A DNA stretch of 64,000 bases from a virus. Its lineage: Duplodnaviria > Caudoviricetes. The stretch is taken from positions 1-64,000 of IMG/VR virus record IMGVR_UViG_3300030433_001804; one strand, 5' to 3'. Position 1 is the stretch's first letter. Each line of letters begins with the position of its first letter. Shown one piece after another: positions 21,149-31,679 of the stretch. A program made the position numbers and the translations under genes. Under the pieces are notes generated by a model. The model ran no database searches. It saw only the letters and a list, made by a program, of their open reading frames with translations, and was not told the origin of the DNA.

Positions 21149-21811
21149 GCCGTCACCTCCACACCATAATCTTCCAAAACATTAAGAAAATCTGTAACAT
21201 AATCATGACCATAGTAAACTGTCATTCCTTCAAGTAATTTTATCATGTCCTTGTATCTTTTTGTCTCCATTATAGAATCATACCCTACATGCAAGTCGTA
21301 TATCCAATCAGCCGCTTTCCTAGATATCCCTGTATAGCCAAATAGATAGGCGGCAAAGTTCTTTATTTCTCTACTCCAAACTATATCTTTTTCATCCATA
21401 TCTATTCCTCCTTTTTGCATAATCTGTTTGTTTATTCATATGAAAATATTCAGACTCTCCTTCTTGTAAGGCTTTATTTTTTTCCTGTGTGGATTTTAGT
21501 TTGTTTAATCTCTTTCTTAATTTCTTAATTGTTTTTTTCAGTTTGTGTTCTGAACCTTCTCCTTTTTCAAGTTTAGAACTAAAAATAGAGATTTCATTTT
21601 CTAATGCTATTATTTCTTTCATACATTTTCCTCCTGAAATCTTTTATATTTATAGATACCAAGTCTTGTAGGAATAACTACTTCGTTGTTGCATTTGTCA
21701 CAACATCTTCCCCTTTTTACAGGTTCAGCATTATGGCCACTATCCCAATACATTTTTCCATTATGGTATTTCTTTTCTATTTGCTTTTTACATATACTGC
21801 ATTTCATAATA

Positions 21812-22717
21812 TCACACCCATGTATCTGCACCTGCCGCATCACAAAGACCAAAATAACTACAATGAGAACAGGTTTTGTAGAACCACTTGGTAGGGAATT
21901 CTTTTTCTATGTATGCTGAAATAAGCCTAGCAATATTATCTCTTACTGATGTCATTGAGCGAGTCTTGATAGGCTCAACTTGAACATGGTTAGAAACAGG
22001 ATAATACCAACCCCAGTGACTTACTTCCATATCTCTTGTTAATCCATTTTTTTCAAGAACTTCATCACTAGCATTTTCAATCAGCAGTTGATAGAAAGCC
22101 ATTTCCTTTCTCATACCGCTTGCTTTGTAATCTTTCCATGCTCCCGTTTTATATTCAAAGGGAATAAGTTTACCATCCTCAATAAAAATACGGTCAATGA
22201 TTCCTTGAATGTGAATTACATAGTCTCTATCTAGTGGGAACTTTTTAGAATAATCCGCAGGTATTGTTATTTCTGCATCAAATAGCCCTTCGTTTACAAT
22301 CGGAAGATACTCACTAGTTTTTTCTTCAGACCTAGATTCGATGAATCTTTGAGCCTCAAAAGCGGCCACAGTTAAGGAGACATCATAGTAATCATCTACA
22401 GGCATTAGACTTGTAGCATATTCTAGAACTTCTGCGTTGTTCATTGATTCTGCTTTCTTAACATCAAAGTCATGAAAGAAGGCTTCTCTATGATTATGTA
22501 AAACAGTTCCCTTTCTCATGGCTTCGGTTTGGTCTTGCGGTCTTCTTTCAATATAATTAAATTCATATTTCTTAGGACACCAATCAAAAGAACCAAGTGA
22601 AGATTTAGTAATTTTCAGTATTGGTTTAGAAGGGTCATCATAGTTTTCCGGTTGCCATTGATAACTGTAGTCTTTCATTGAGTCAATTCTCGCTTTGTAT
22701 TTTTCATCTGTATTCAT
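21812..22717 (-). CDS. Cas4-like/RecB-family PD-(D/E)XK exonuclease
   Basis: WCPKKY, GIIDRI, EYKTG, YQL and C-terminal CSHCSYFGLC (split 4-Cys Fe-S motif). Confidence 0.85.
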   Translation of the reverse strand: MNTDEKYKARIDSMKDYSYQWQPENYDDPSKPILKITKSSLGSFDWCPKKYEFNYIERRPQDQTEAMRKGTVLHNHREAFFHDFDVKKAESMNNAEVLEYATSLMPVDDYYDVSLTVAAFEAQRFIESRSEEKTSEYLPIVNEGLFDAEITIPADYSKKFPLDRDYVIHIQGIIDRIFIEDGKLIPFEYKTGAWKDYKASGMRKEMAFYQLLIENASDEVLEKNGLTRDMEVSHWGWYYPVSNHVQVEPIKTRSMTSVRDNIARLISAYIEKEFPTKWFYKTCSHCSYFGLCDAAGADTWV

Positions 22718-22886
22718 TTATTATTCCCCCATCTAAGGTCATTGATTTCATGTTCTAAGAAATCAATTGTCGCAATAAGATGGTCTACAAATGAGTAGAC
22801 TCCTAAAGTTCCATCTTTATCATTAATCAACATTCTTTCATAGTGTTGCATCAATTCTTTTTTCTTTATTTCTAATTCTTCTTTAT

Positions 22887-23801
22887 TCAAAACCATTCCT
22901 CCAAACTTTTCTGTATTCTTCCTGTTCTTATTGCTGATAAATCCCAACCCATAGATTCGTAAACAGGCTTTGCTTTATCTATGACCTGTTGTGCGTAGTG
23001 TTCCCAATCCGGTGTAAAATCCTTAAAATCAGCAAAGATAGTTCCCGATATAAACTCAGCAGGTTTTACTTCTTTAGTTAAGGGATTTACATAAGTCATA
23101 TTTGAATTCTTGACTTTTAAGAATACATAACTATCATCAAAGTTAGTGTTGTTATTTTGCCAAGCGTTAATTACACCCGCTACACCCGAACCAATAGTAG
23201 CCTTTTTTCCTTCCACAGTAGTAAAGGAAGAGACGGGTTCACCACACTTATGAATCCCATTCTTACCCTCATTCTGACCGCAAACTGTAATTTTTGTCAA
23301 TTCTTTTAGATTATATTTTCTACTACAATCCGGGCATTTTACGGTAAATCTTTCCGGTCTTAGGCGAGTTCTCTTAACTAACTTCTTGAAATCGTAGTTA
23401 CCATTTTTTACGCTCACATATGTTCTGTGCAAATAGGCATTTATTTTCTCCATTGGTTCTTTGTTAGCCCACATTTTCAAGACTTTGGTTTGGACTTCTT
23501 TAGCCATTTTAGTTTCGCTAACCCTCTTGGCAATAAATCCAGTCATGATAAATTTAGGCTCATCTAACCATTCACCGTCTTCCCAAGTAATCATACCTGC
23601 ATTTCTATTTTTAACTGTCCCTACACCTAGAGCATCAAAATACTTCTCAAACTCTAATACTACAGGGTGTTCTTGTAAACCCAAGATATTAGGGAAGTGT
23701 TCTCTAACACTTGCTTCTATCTCTTTGATAGCCTCTTGTGCCTTTTCAACTGAATCTATTTGCACATAGATTGAATCTGTATGTCCGTAAACTACTTTCA
23801 T
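22887..23801 (-). CDS. polB: DNA polymerase B, C-terminal subunit (motif C, thumb, PIP box)
   Basis: Starts MKVVYGHTDSIYV (ATG 23801), LEFEK, ends QKSLEEWF (PIP box). Confidence 0.9.
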   Translation of the reverse strand: MKVVYGHTDSIYVQIDSVEKAQEAIKEIEASVREHFPNILGLQEHPVVLEFEKYFDALGVGTVKNRNAGMITWEDGEWLDEPKFIMTGFIAKRVSETKMAKEVQTKVLKMWANKEPMEKINAYLHRTYVSVKNGNYDFKKLVKRTRLRPERFTVKCPDCSRKYNLKELTKITVCGQNEGKNGIHKCGEPVSSFTTVEGKKATIGSGVAGVINAWQNNNTNFDDSYVFLKVKNSNMTYVNPLTKEVKPAEFISGTIFADFKDFTPDWEHYAQQVIDKAKPVYESMGWDLSAIRTGRIQKSLEEWF

Positions 23802-23802
23802 C

Positions 23803-23949
23803 TTAACCAATCCTTTGATGTGTAATAATTCCAATTCTTTTACCATTGACATATAATGAGACTACATCATTATGAACCATGATAGTAGTAACATCATCTA
23901 TATATCTTCTAGCCCAATTGACGAGTTCTTTTTCTGTTTTATTATTCAT
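23803..23949 (-). CDS. Small hypothetical protein (48 aa) between polB halves
   Basis: MNNKTEKELVNWARRYIDD... read from sequence; ATGA overlap with upstream ORF. Confidence 0.5.
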   Translation of the reverse strand: MNNKTEKELVNWARRYIDDVTTIMVHNDVVSLYVNGKRIGIITHQRIG

Positions 23950-24218
23950 TCAATCAGCCCCAATAGTTTTTCAACATATACTGCCGCATCCATTAATTCT
24001 TCTTGTAAGTGCTTAAGCCATTCTTGTATAGAAAGAACTTCTTCTTCCATAGTTACGCCATACTTCTTTTTTCCTACTTCAGACCTAGCCTTAATTTTTC
24101 TACATACTTCATCTTCTATTTTACTCATTTTCATCATCCTCATATTGCACATATTCTTGTTTTTCGTCATCCCAATATCTGCTTGAACGACCTGTCCTTG
24201 ATTCTTGAATCCAAACAA
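23946..24218 (-). CDS. Conserved small phage protein, possibly MazG-like helical fold
   Basis: GKKKYGVT...EWLKHLQEELMDAAVY; true start probably near 24128-24137. Confidence 0.5.
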   Translation of the reverse strand: MFGFKNQGQVVQADIGMTKNKNMCNMRMMKMSKIEDEVCRKIKARSEVGKKKYGVTMEEEVLSIQEWLKHLQEELMDAAVYVEKLLGLIE

Positions 24219-24387
24219 GGGGAAGAATCTTGTGAAAGAATCCCTTTTCCATTATGTGTTCTTCAATACCTCTTGGTGGGTATGTCGTTTTCCAATTATC
24301 AATGTTAAGGCATCCTTTACAATGTTTCCCTGTCATTTCTAAAGTAAAGGCTTTACCACATTCAACGCAATTTCTTTTTTCACTCAT
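24121..24387 (-). CDS. Small Zn-finger protein
   Basis: CVECG...HCKGC. Confidence 0.5.
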   Translation of the reverse strand: MSEKRNCVECGKAFTLEMTGKHCKGCLNIDNWKTTYPPRGIEEHIMEKGFFHKILPLVWIQESRTGRSSRYWDDEKQEYVQYEDDENE

Positions 24388-24495
24388 ATTACCACCGTCA
24401 CTATCGTTATTATTGTTATTATATTTACAATGTTTACCATCATTAATATCTTATTACTCCTTGAAATCATATCTAATAATTCTTCTAGCAGTTCA

Positions 24496-24735
24496 TTAGT
24501 TTTGTCCATCATCATAATAATCCTCTTCCATATCTTTTTCTGAGTAATCTTGATTAAGAAATGATAGGCTTAATTTACTCGAATCTTGATTGATTCCCTG
24601 TTCTATATTGATAATAGAAGCGTTACGCTTTAGGTTATTCATCATTTGGAATATCTCTTCTACTTCTTGTAAAGTAATATCCCATGTTTCTTCTGTATCG
24701 TAGTTTACTTTTACTGTTACATATTTTGTTTTCAT
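24496..24735 (-). CDS. Hypothetical protein
   Basis: ATGA overlap with stop of the polB N-terminal half. Confidence 0.55.
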   Translation of the reverse strand: MKTKYVTVKVNYDTEETWDITLQEVEEIFQMMNNLKRNASIINIEQGINQDSSKLSLSFLNQDYSEKDMEEDYYDDGQN

Positions 24736-26405
24736 ATTTCCAACTCCTTTGCTTTAAATGCGGCTAATCTAATTGCTTCTCTAGCACTAGCAGTAATACT
24801 AGCGGCTAGTTTTGGATTAGCCCAACTAAACCCTGTAAATCCAATGATGCCATAGAAAGATGAAGATAGCCTCTTTACTGCCATTTGATTATTATACCAT
24901 TTCATATACTCACCGTTTGGTTTTCCTCTAGCCTCTCTCATTTTGGCTTTGTATTCATCCCTTAGTTTTTTAAGTTCTAATACTGCTCTAGGCAGTAGTC
25001 CTAACTTGTCTGTTTTGAAGTAAATCATATCCTCACCTACAGGTTCGCTGAAATCTCTAGGAGTTAGGATATTAACTCCAAACTCAGTAGGCTCATCAGA
25101 AATAGTTTCCCAACTAATATTTCTAGCAATCATCATACTAGGATATAGACCTGCGAAATCAAAAGCGGCTACATTAAGATGTAATCCGTTTGTTCCTTCG
25201 CTAAGTGGGTCATATATCATAGCCCCTTGATACGCTTGTTTCTTTTCTTTCTTGTTTCCTGTTGGTGCTTTCCACCAAGCATTTCTCATGAAGTAAATAC
25301 TACCCATGTGAGAAGCAAAAAAGCAAGCATCAAATGGTGCTTTTAGTAGTCTTTGAAGTGCTAGAATAGCCTCACTACAATAGTTTGATTCATCAATTTC
25401 TACCATTAGTTTTACATCTAATAAAGCATATTCAAGATAAGTTTGTGTATCTTCTAACCATGCTCTACGATAAAACTCGTTTGGGTCGGGGAACTTTTCA
25501 GATACTAATTTGTTCTTACCTAATACTTCTTCCGATACATAATCTAAAGATAGCGAAGGTAATGTTCCTCTTTGTGAATCATTCCATTGACGCTCAAAAG
25601 CCATATCAAGATTCAAGGTTATTCTTCCACCAATCGGTTGTTCTATTTGTGAAAAACCTTTTTCATGATACATAAATTGATAGCCGTCTCTTTTGGTATT
25701 CTTTACTCCTTTAATAGAACCAATAGGCGACATAATCAATGGATTAAGCCCTACTGCACACGCTCTTTCAAGAAGTTTAGGAACATCAGCAAAATTTCCA
25801 AACCATGCAATCAACATATCGGGGTCTTTTACAACCATAGTTGTCATAAAGTTTTCAAGCATATCTTTTTCAGAAGTAAATATTCTCTTGATTTTTTTAG
25901 TTTCTTCATATGGTAAAACATATGTTTGTTCATTTTCTCGGTTAGGAAACCATACCCATTGATAATAATTCTTATCGTAATTATCATACGCTACAATAGT
26001 AGTAATCTTACCATCATGTTCTCCACCTTGTTGCCACTCCATATCCCAATACCATTTACGCATATCATATTCGGGCATATCGTGTAATTCATCTACACAG
26101 TATCTAAACTGATAAGGCACATCGGCCTCATATGTTTTAGAGAACATATCTTTGGCTTTTTTAATATCATAAGAAGTATCTACATATACTCTTTTTAGCG
26201 GAACTCCATCAATGTTTATCCAATCGCCTCTAACATAATCAAAATCTCTTTCGATATATTTACTAGGGCGATAAGTAGGTGGCTCTTTTTCAGACTCCTC
26301 TACATAGAAGTATGGCCTAAATTCTACTTGCTCAAACTTCCTTTCGTTGTTTTCTCTCCACGCTTTGTATATTGTTTTACCATCATCCATTCTGCTTATT
26401 ATCAT
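24732..26405 (-). CDS. polB: DNA polymerase B, N-terminal subunit (exonuclease, motifs A and B)
   Basis: FRPYFY, YEADV, WDMEW (ExoI), YALLD (ExoIII), YQGA, FDFAGLYPSMM (A), KRLSSSFYG (B). Confidence 0.92.
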   Translation of the reverse strand: MIISRMDDGKTIYKAWRENNERKFEQVEFRPYFYVEESEKEPPTYRPSKYIERDFDYVRGDWINIDGVPLKRVYVDTSYDIKKAKDMFSKTYEADVPYQFRYCVDELHDMPEYDMRKWYWDMEWQQGGEHDGKITTIVAYDNYDKNYYQWVWFPNRENEQTYVLPYEETKKIKRIFTSEKDMLENFMTTMVVKDPDMLIAWFGNFADVPKLLERACAVGLNPLIMSPIGSIKGVKNTKRDGYQFMYHEKGFSQIEQPIGGRITLNLDMAFERQWNDSQRGTLPSLSLDYVSEEVLGKNKLVSEKFPDPNEFYRRAWLEDTQTYLEYALLDVKLMVEIDESNYCSEAILALQRLLKAPFDACFFASHMGSIYFMRNAWWKAPTGNKKEKKQAYQGAMIYDPLSEGTNGLHLNVAAFDFAGLYPSMMIARNISWETISDEPTEFGVNILTPRDFSEPVGEDMIYFKTDKLGLLPRAVLELKKLRDEYKAKMREARGKPNGEYMKWYNNQMAVKRLSSSFYGIIGFTGFSWANPKLAASITASAREAIRLAAFKAKELEI

Positions 26406-26428
26406 TATTATTCCTCATTGTTATTCAC

Positions 26429-27193
26429 TTATCCGTTTACTGTTGGTGCTTTCAGTAAAAGCCTATCATTGGCTACTATTAGTATTGGAAACTCATCTTT
26501 TACATAGAAGTTCAATAATTGGTCATTATCAAAGAAAGCATATAATGGCCCACTAAACTCTACTGTTGCACTTTCACCGCTATTAAATACTGGCGTAACA
26601 TTCTCGCTATATTTACTAGAAGTGTTATTTCCACTAGAAAAGGTAGAAACTCCTTCATCATAGTTTAACTTGTAAACTCCTGTCTTTGCTAATTCACAAG
26701 ATTTGATTGTGTTTTTGAATTGGTCTACATTAAGAGTAAACGCTCCTTCAAATGGTTTCTTGTTAAAAGAAAACATTGTTTGTGGATTAGCCTCATATGT
26801 AACATGACTTAACAATGTTCTTACTCTACTAATCGCTTCAAAACCACTGTGTATTGCTACTTTAGGAATATTAGCATCTTTATTCTCTTGAGTAACACTG
26901 ACTACATCTCCTACATCTATCTTAATATCACCAGTAAATGATTTTAGAAACGGTGTTAATTCTTTAGCATCAGCAATAAAATTACCATCCTTTTCTCCGT
27001 CTACTTCAAGTGTAATACCCACAATAAAAGTAGCGTCACCGTTCCAAATACTTAGAGAATTATCTTTCAATTCAGCCCAAAATAAAGAACCTATACTAGA
27101 ATTAGAAAAACCATTTGTGGTCAAATGTTTCCCTTTGACCTGTATCTTATCTAGAGCATTCTGTAATTCTTTACTATCGGTTGTAAATATCAA
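26429..27193 (-). CDS. Sliding clamp (PCNA-like)
   Basis: 254 aa, two-domain pattern, adjacent to polB that carries a PIP box; C-terminal FPILI...LLLKAP. Confidence 0.65.
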   Translation of the reverse strand: MIFTTDSKELQNALDKIQVKGKHLTTNGFSNSSIGSLFWAELKDNSLSIWNGDATFIVGITLEVDGEKDGNFIADAKELTPFLKSFTGDIKIDVGDVVSVTQENKDANIPKVAIHSGFEAISRVRTLLSHVTYEANPQTMFSFNKKPFEGAFTLNVDQFKNTIKSCELAKTGVYKLNYDEGVSTFSSGNNTSSKYSENVTPVFNSGESATVEFSGPLYAFFDNDQLLNFYVKDEFPILIVANDRLLLKAPTVNG

Positions 27194-28002
27194 ATTAATC
27201 CCTCTCTAAGTTCCGGAACACCATTCCACTTGACTTTACCACTGCCAACTTCTAGAGTTTCCCATGATTTACCAACAAGAGAAGTGTTTGTTTTACTGCT
27301 TTCTAGTGTGCATTTGTAAACAACTTCTCCTTTCTTTAGAGTTCTTTTAGTGTTAATTACTTGGAAAAGATAGTCTCCCCAGTTGTGCCAATTGGGTTTA
27401 GTTCCTACAACTTCACCGCTTGCTCCATAATCAGCCTTAGCATGAGTTATGTATATTTGGTCACACTTTAGATTCTTACACATAGCCAATAAAGAATAAA
27501 ATGGTGCATTTCTTTTACCCCATTCAAACTTCATCTTTTGTGGCTTTCCGATTTTAGAACTACCTGTAACATGAAGTGTGCAACAATCTAGCCACTTATC
27601 TACTCCATCAAACACAAAGAGAACATCCTCTCCTTGCTCAATTTGTTCTTTAACTGTTAAAACAAAATCTTCTGAATTTGCTTCTGACTTTTGTATATCT
27701 AATTCACCATTAGCGTTTCTAACTTCGGGATTCCAAAGAGTAATCCTATCAGTCATTTCATGGTTTTGTCTCCATGTAGGTTCGCAACCATCATCCCAAT
27801 CTAAAACATAAATCTGCTTGTCTGGAAAATCTAAAGCAATACCGCTTTTTACAGTCTTAGGTTCTCCCCAAATACCACAAACTAGTTTGTTATTTCTAGC
27901 CAACCTAGCCTCAGTTTGTTGCTTTAACTTATCTCTAAACGCAGTAACTCTAGCATTGTTCTGCAATTCCTTATCTACTTTCATTCCGCTTGTTATTCCC
28001 AT
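27190..28002 (-). CDS. RecA-superfamily ATPase (RadA/Sak4-like)
   Basis: GEPKTVKS Walker A, VLDWDDG, FVFDGVD Walker B, YITHAK. Confidence 0.7.
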   Translation of the reverse strand: MGITSGMKVDKELQNNARVTAFRDKLKQQTEARLARNNKLVCGIWGEPKTVKSGIALDFPDKQIYVLDWDDGCEPTWRQNHEMTDRITLWNPEVRNANGELDIQKSEANSEDFVLTVKEQIEQGEDVLFVFDGVDKWLDCCTLHVTGSSKIGKPQKMKFEWGKRNAPFYSLLAMCKNLKCDQIYITHAKADYGASGEVVGTKPNWHNWGDYLFQVINTKRTLKKGEVVYKCTLESSKTNTSLVGKSWETLEVGSGKVKWNGVPELREGLI

Positions 28003-28006
28003 TGTT

Positions 28007-28267
28007 TCACCATTCCTCTATTATTTCATCTATATCTATTTCTACTTTCTTTCCTTTAATTTTAGACCATATCTCTAGTAAGTCTTTGAGAGATTCTTCA
28101 TCTTTACAAACATATCTTGCATCCTTACTACCGATGTGTAATTTAGCCCAATATGTTCCTGCTATCTTCTCATTTTCTTTCCAAGTGATAAAATCTACAT
28201 TATCTAAATCAATCATATAACTGTTTGATTTAATCAAATATCTATTAGCCTTTATATCTCCTAACAT
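28007..28267 (-). CDS. Hypothetical protein
   Basis: In gene chain with SD-like motif. Confidence 0.55.
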   Translation of the reverse strand: MLGDIKANRYLIKSNSYMIDLDNVDFITWKENEKIAGTYWAKLHIGSKDARYVCKDEESLKDLLEIWSKIKGKKVEIDIDEIIEEW

Positions 28268-28489
28268 CTAATTCCACTCTCCTATTTTCATTTCTTTCCG
28301 ATATGCTGCATGAAATAAATTAAAGTCATTAACACTCATTTCTTGTATTATCACACCGGCACTTGAATATATTTTTACTTCTCTCAGTGAGTTATCACTT
28401 GAGGTAGTCTTCTTCCAAGAGTAGTGCTGAATATTCTTATAAAGAATAATCGCTCTATCTGTTTCTATTGCATTTCCATATATTATCAT
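28268..28489 (-). CDS. Hypothetical protein
   Basis: AAGGAG SD upstream. Confidence 0.55.
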   Translation of the reverse strand: MIIYGNAIETDRAIILYKNIQHYSWKKTTSSDNSLREVKIYSSAGVIIQEMSVNDFNLFHAAYRKEMKIGEWN

Positions 28490-28681
28490 ATTATTTTCTC
28501 CTTGAATATGGGCTTCGCACCCATTTGAATGTCAATTTCCTCTACAAGTTCACATTTACACTCGCTTTAACTTTAGTTTCCGACATGAATTCTGTAATGT
28601 CGCCAACACATCATACCGCCATTAACTTAGGCTAATCACACCTAACGACATTTCTACGGGGAAACTAACAAGAGTTTCATT

Positions 28682-29905
28682 TCAAAACCAGTCGAAGTCT
28701 TCCTCCATTGGTGGTGAAACTTCTACTGCCGAACCAGTCTTAACGGTGCATAAAAGACCGCCTACATTGATAGTAGCGTCTTCTACTCCTTCATCAGTAG
28801 TTCTTTGACTGCTTCTTCCAACAACAATTACAGTAGAACCTATACCAAAGTCTAGATTAATATGTTCCGGAATCCAACAGGTTGTAATTCCATCCCCGCC
28901 ATTTTCATAGTCCATAGTTGAATCAATATCTGTAATATTGATAATTCTATTACCGTTTGAAGATGGGGTCATATTCATGTTAGTAACCATTCCATCTGTA
29001 ATGATGAACTTCTCTTTGTAAGGTAGAGCCTGTCTTTCGATGTGCGCTCTATCCAAATCAACTAGAGGAACTAACTTATCTGAGAATTGACTCATCAAAA
29101 TCTGCTCAATATCATAATTAGATGTATCACGATAGACTTCGCTTTCCGGGTCTAAATCAGTATTTAGAGTAAGACTGTTCAAAGTCAAATCCTTTGCTCC
29201 ATAAATATCTGTTCCGTTAGAACCTTCTACACATAAGAAGTGAACAAACTCAAATGTGTTAGGAGTAAAGTCTACTCCCGGTTGATTTTTGTAAGAAAAG
29301 AAATAAGTCTTCATTTCTCCATTACCTAGAGAACCATAGAATATTCCTGTTCTTCTCATTAGTTCTTTTGCCAAAGGCTTACCATAATTAGCATTCTTTC
29401 CACCATTCATGTAAGTAGCAGTATTATCTAGTGGAATGTATATTCTTCCATCTTCTAATGTTTCTGCTCCTTCCGGAAGTTCGGAGATAATCTTTTCTTC
29501 ATATTTGTCGTTGTGATATCTAGAAACAGCCCACTTTTCTGTTGCTGTTCTGTTAGCCACCGCTACAATTCCTTTCTCTAAAGCACTGTCAGAATCTCTT
29601 AGGAATTCTTCTTTTGCTTGATTTCTGTTCCAACTCAATGTATCTCTAGGTGCGTCTAGTGAGATAAAGAAACCAAATGCATTCTTGTAGTAGGAATCAT
29701 TATTGTTATTTCCTTCCTTATTTGCATTATTATTTCTTCTAACATTGGCAACATAGTTTCTCCATAGCCCTTTTGCTATTGGATTATCTACGCTAATTCC
29801 GTTCTCGGCACAAATCTCCTCGAACTTAGCCATAGCCTCTTCTACGCTCATATTGATATATTGTGCGCTGTTTTCTATTTCATTCTTCATATCTTCAGGT
29901 ATCAT
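28682..29905 (-). CDS. Putative ssDNA-binding protein (RPA-like, OB fold)
   Basis: C-terminal OB-like strands (ITDGMVTN...RIINITD...STVIVVGR), acidic-aromatic tail EEDFDWF; next to RFC and recombinase. Confidence 0.55.
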   Translation of the reverse strand: MIPEDMKNEIENSAQYINMSVEEAMAKFEEICAENGISVDNPIAKGLWRNYVANVRRNNNANKEGNNNNDSYYKNAFGFFISLDAPRDTLSWNRNQAKEEFLRDSDSALEKGIVAVANRTATEKWAVSRYHNDKYEEKIISELPEGAETLEDGRIYIPLDNTATYMNGGKNANYGKPLAKELMRRTGIFYGSLGNGEMKTYFFSYKNQPGVDFTPNTFEFVHFLCVEGSNGTDIYGAKDLTLNSLTLNTDLDPESEVYRDTSNYDIEQILMSQFSDKLVPLVDLDRAHIERQALPYKEKFIITDGMVTNMNMTPSSNGNRIINITDIDSTMDYENGGDGITTCWIPEHINLDFGIGSTVIVVGRSSQRTTDEGVEDATINVGGLLCTVKTGSAVEVSPPMEEDFDWF

Positions 29906-29933
29906 TTTTTTTCACTCTCCTTTTTCTTTTTTT

Positions 29934-30845
29934 TCACAATAATTGACCCACCATCCATGATAGTAACAGTTTGGGGGTCATTGTATTGGAACGCCATTCA
30001 CTTTCTCCTATTGTTCTTAAAAACTTAAATTTGACATTATTATCTAGCCCTTCTGCGCTGATAATAGCCTCATGTAATCCAATACAAACCTCTCTTACGG
30101 TTTGCCCTTCATACAATAAGTCGTGAATATCATTAAGCACATTGGTATCTTTATTTATTATTTGCATTATAATTTTCTTGTAATCCTCAAGAGCCACTTC
30201 CACTTGCTTCCGAAGGGTAGAGTCACTAGCCTTGGCCGCTTGAATTTCGGTGATTGCCCTACGAATATCACCGTTCATGGCATATATAAAGGGGTTCAAC
30301 TCCTCTCTTGAGAACCTAGTTATGTTTTCTTGTTCAAGAATACTCTCTATAACAGTAAGCATACTTTCATTAGAAACTGGTTTAAAATGATAATTTGCAC
30401 ATCTGCTTTGTAGTGCAAAAATGATTTTATTCCTATCGTTACAAGTAATAATAAATCTAATATTGCTGGCATATCTTTCCATAATTCTTTTCAATGCGTT
30501 TTGTGCATCATTAGTCATTCCATCCATTTCATCTAATAGACACATTCTAAATGGAACATCACCATAAGAACTGCTTTGTGCAAAGTTCTTGATTTTAGTT
30601 CTCACAGTTTCTAGTCTTCTATCATCACTAGCATTTATTTCTATAAAATTATTAGTAAATCCATCACCCAACATAGTCTTAGCAAGAACTAAACAAGCAC
30701 TTGTTTTACCATTACCGGGATTTCCGTAAATAAGAAGATTAGGCATATTGCCTTCTTCTTTCCACGAATGAGCATCCATTACAAAATGCTCTTGTCCTAT
30801 GATATCTCCTAATTTACTTGGTCTGTATTTTTCTGTCCATAACAT
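29934..30845 (-). CDS. rfcS: Replication factor C small subunit
   Basis: LWTEKYRP, GNPGNGKT, EINASDDR, LDEMDGMT, AQNALKR, ALQSRC. Confidence 0.95.
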   Translation of the reverse strand: MLWTEKYRPSKLGDIIGQEHFVMDAHSWKEEGNMPNLLIYGNPGNGKTSACLVLAKTMLGDGFTNNFIEINASDDRRLETVRTKIKNFAQSSSYGDVPFRMCLLDEMDGMTNDAQNALKRIMERYASNIRFIITCNDRNKIIFALQSRCANYHFKPVSNESMLTVIESILEQENITRFSREELNPFIYAMNGDIRRAITEIQAAKASDSTLRKQVEVALEDYKKIIMQIINKDTNVLNDIHDLLYEGQTVREVCIGLHEAIISAEGLDNNVKFKFLRTIGESEWRSNTMTPKLLLSWMVGQLL

Positions 30846-31679
30846 TACAATTCCTCCAATTTATTTTCTATATCAGTTACTAATTCTGACATAATACTGC
30901 TTAACCAACCATGTGGTTCTTGAATATCAACTGAACTTAATGCATGTAATAATTCATCAATAATCATTTCTGCATTAACCGCAAGCGAATGTAATTCTTC
31001 CAATTCTTCAGCCTGTTTTGCTTTTTCTTCTAATTCTTTACTTTTCATTTTTAATCACCTATTATTATGATTGAATTCTACTTGTCTTGAAATATATTCA
31101 AAACAGTTTCGGCAAAGTTTAACTTCACCTTTTTCGGGGTGTGGTAGCCCAAAGAAATCAATTAATCCAATTTTGCCACATAAGGCACATTTCATTGGGT
31201 CGTTAGTTTTTTTATGGATAATCTTTTTCTCTTTCATGACATTTAATTTAGTCCAATGTTTTTTCATTTTTATTCCTCCTCGAATTTAATTAGTTCTTGT
31301 TGTATTGGTTTAAACTCCGGCATTAATAGCCCTCCTAACCAATAAAGAAAACCTGCAAAAAATAAAAACACTACTATGTTAAACAATTAAATTCCTCCTA
31401 TGTGGTGTTTTTTTGGATTATGTTTTCTTCTAAACTGAATACTCTTATTACTTATTTTTCTTTTTTCGATGTATTCGTTATCTGTTAGCCATTTGAAAAA
31501 TGTTCTAAATTTATCTATTCCAAATATGCAGGATGAATTCTTTTTAATTTCTGCCATGGTTCTCCATTCTTCATCTATTAACAATAGAACAGATAGCCAC
31601 TGGCCGGGAATCACTTCTCCCGGATTAAATAGGATTTCTATAGATTCAAGATATCCCCACTTTAGCCTTTCTTTGGTAT

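Noticed and set aside
21812-22717. Cas4 as evidence of a CRISPR-Cas system
   Set aside because: Solo Cas4-like nucleases are common in archaeal virus replication modules; no cas1/cas2 or array.
23802-24731. Intein or self-splicing intron in polB
   Set aside because: No intein N-terminal Cys/Ser block or His-Asn end; the gap is filled by ordinary coupled ORFs.
28505-28530. tRNA gene
   Set aside because: Only a T-arm-like hairpin; no acceptor, D or anticodon arms could be built.
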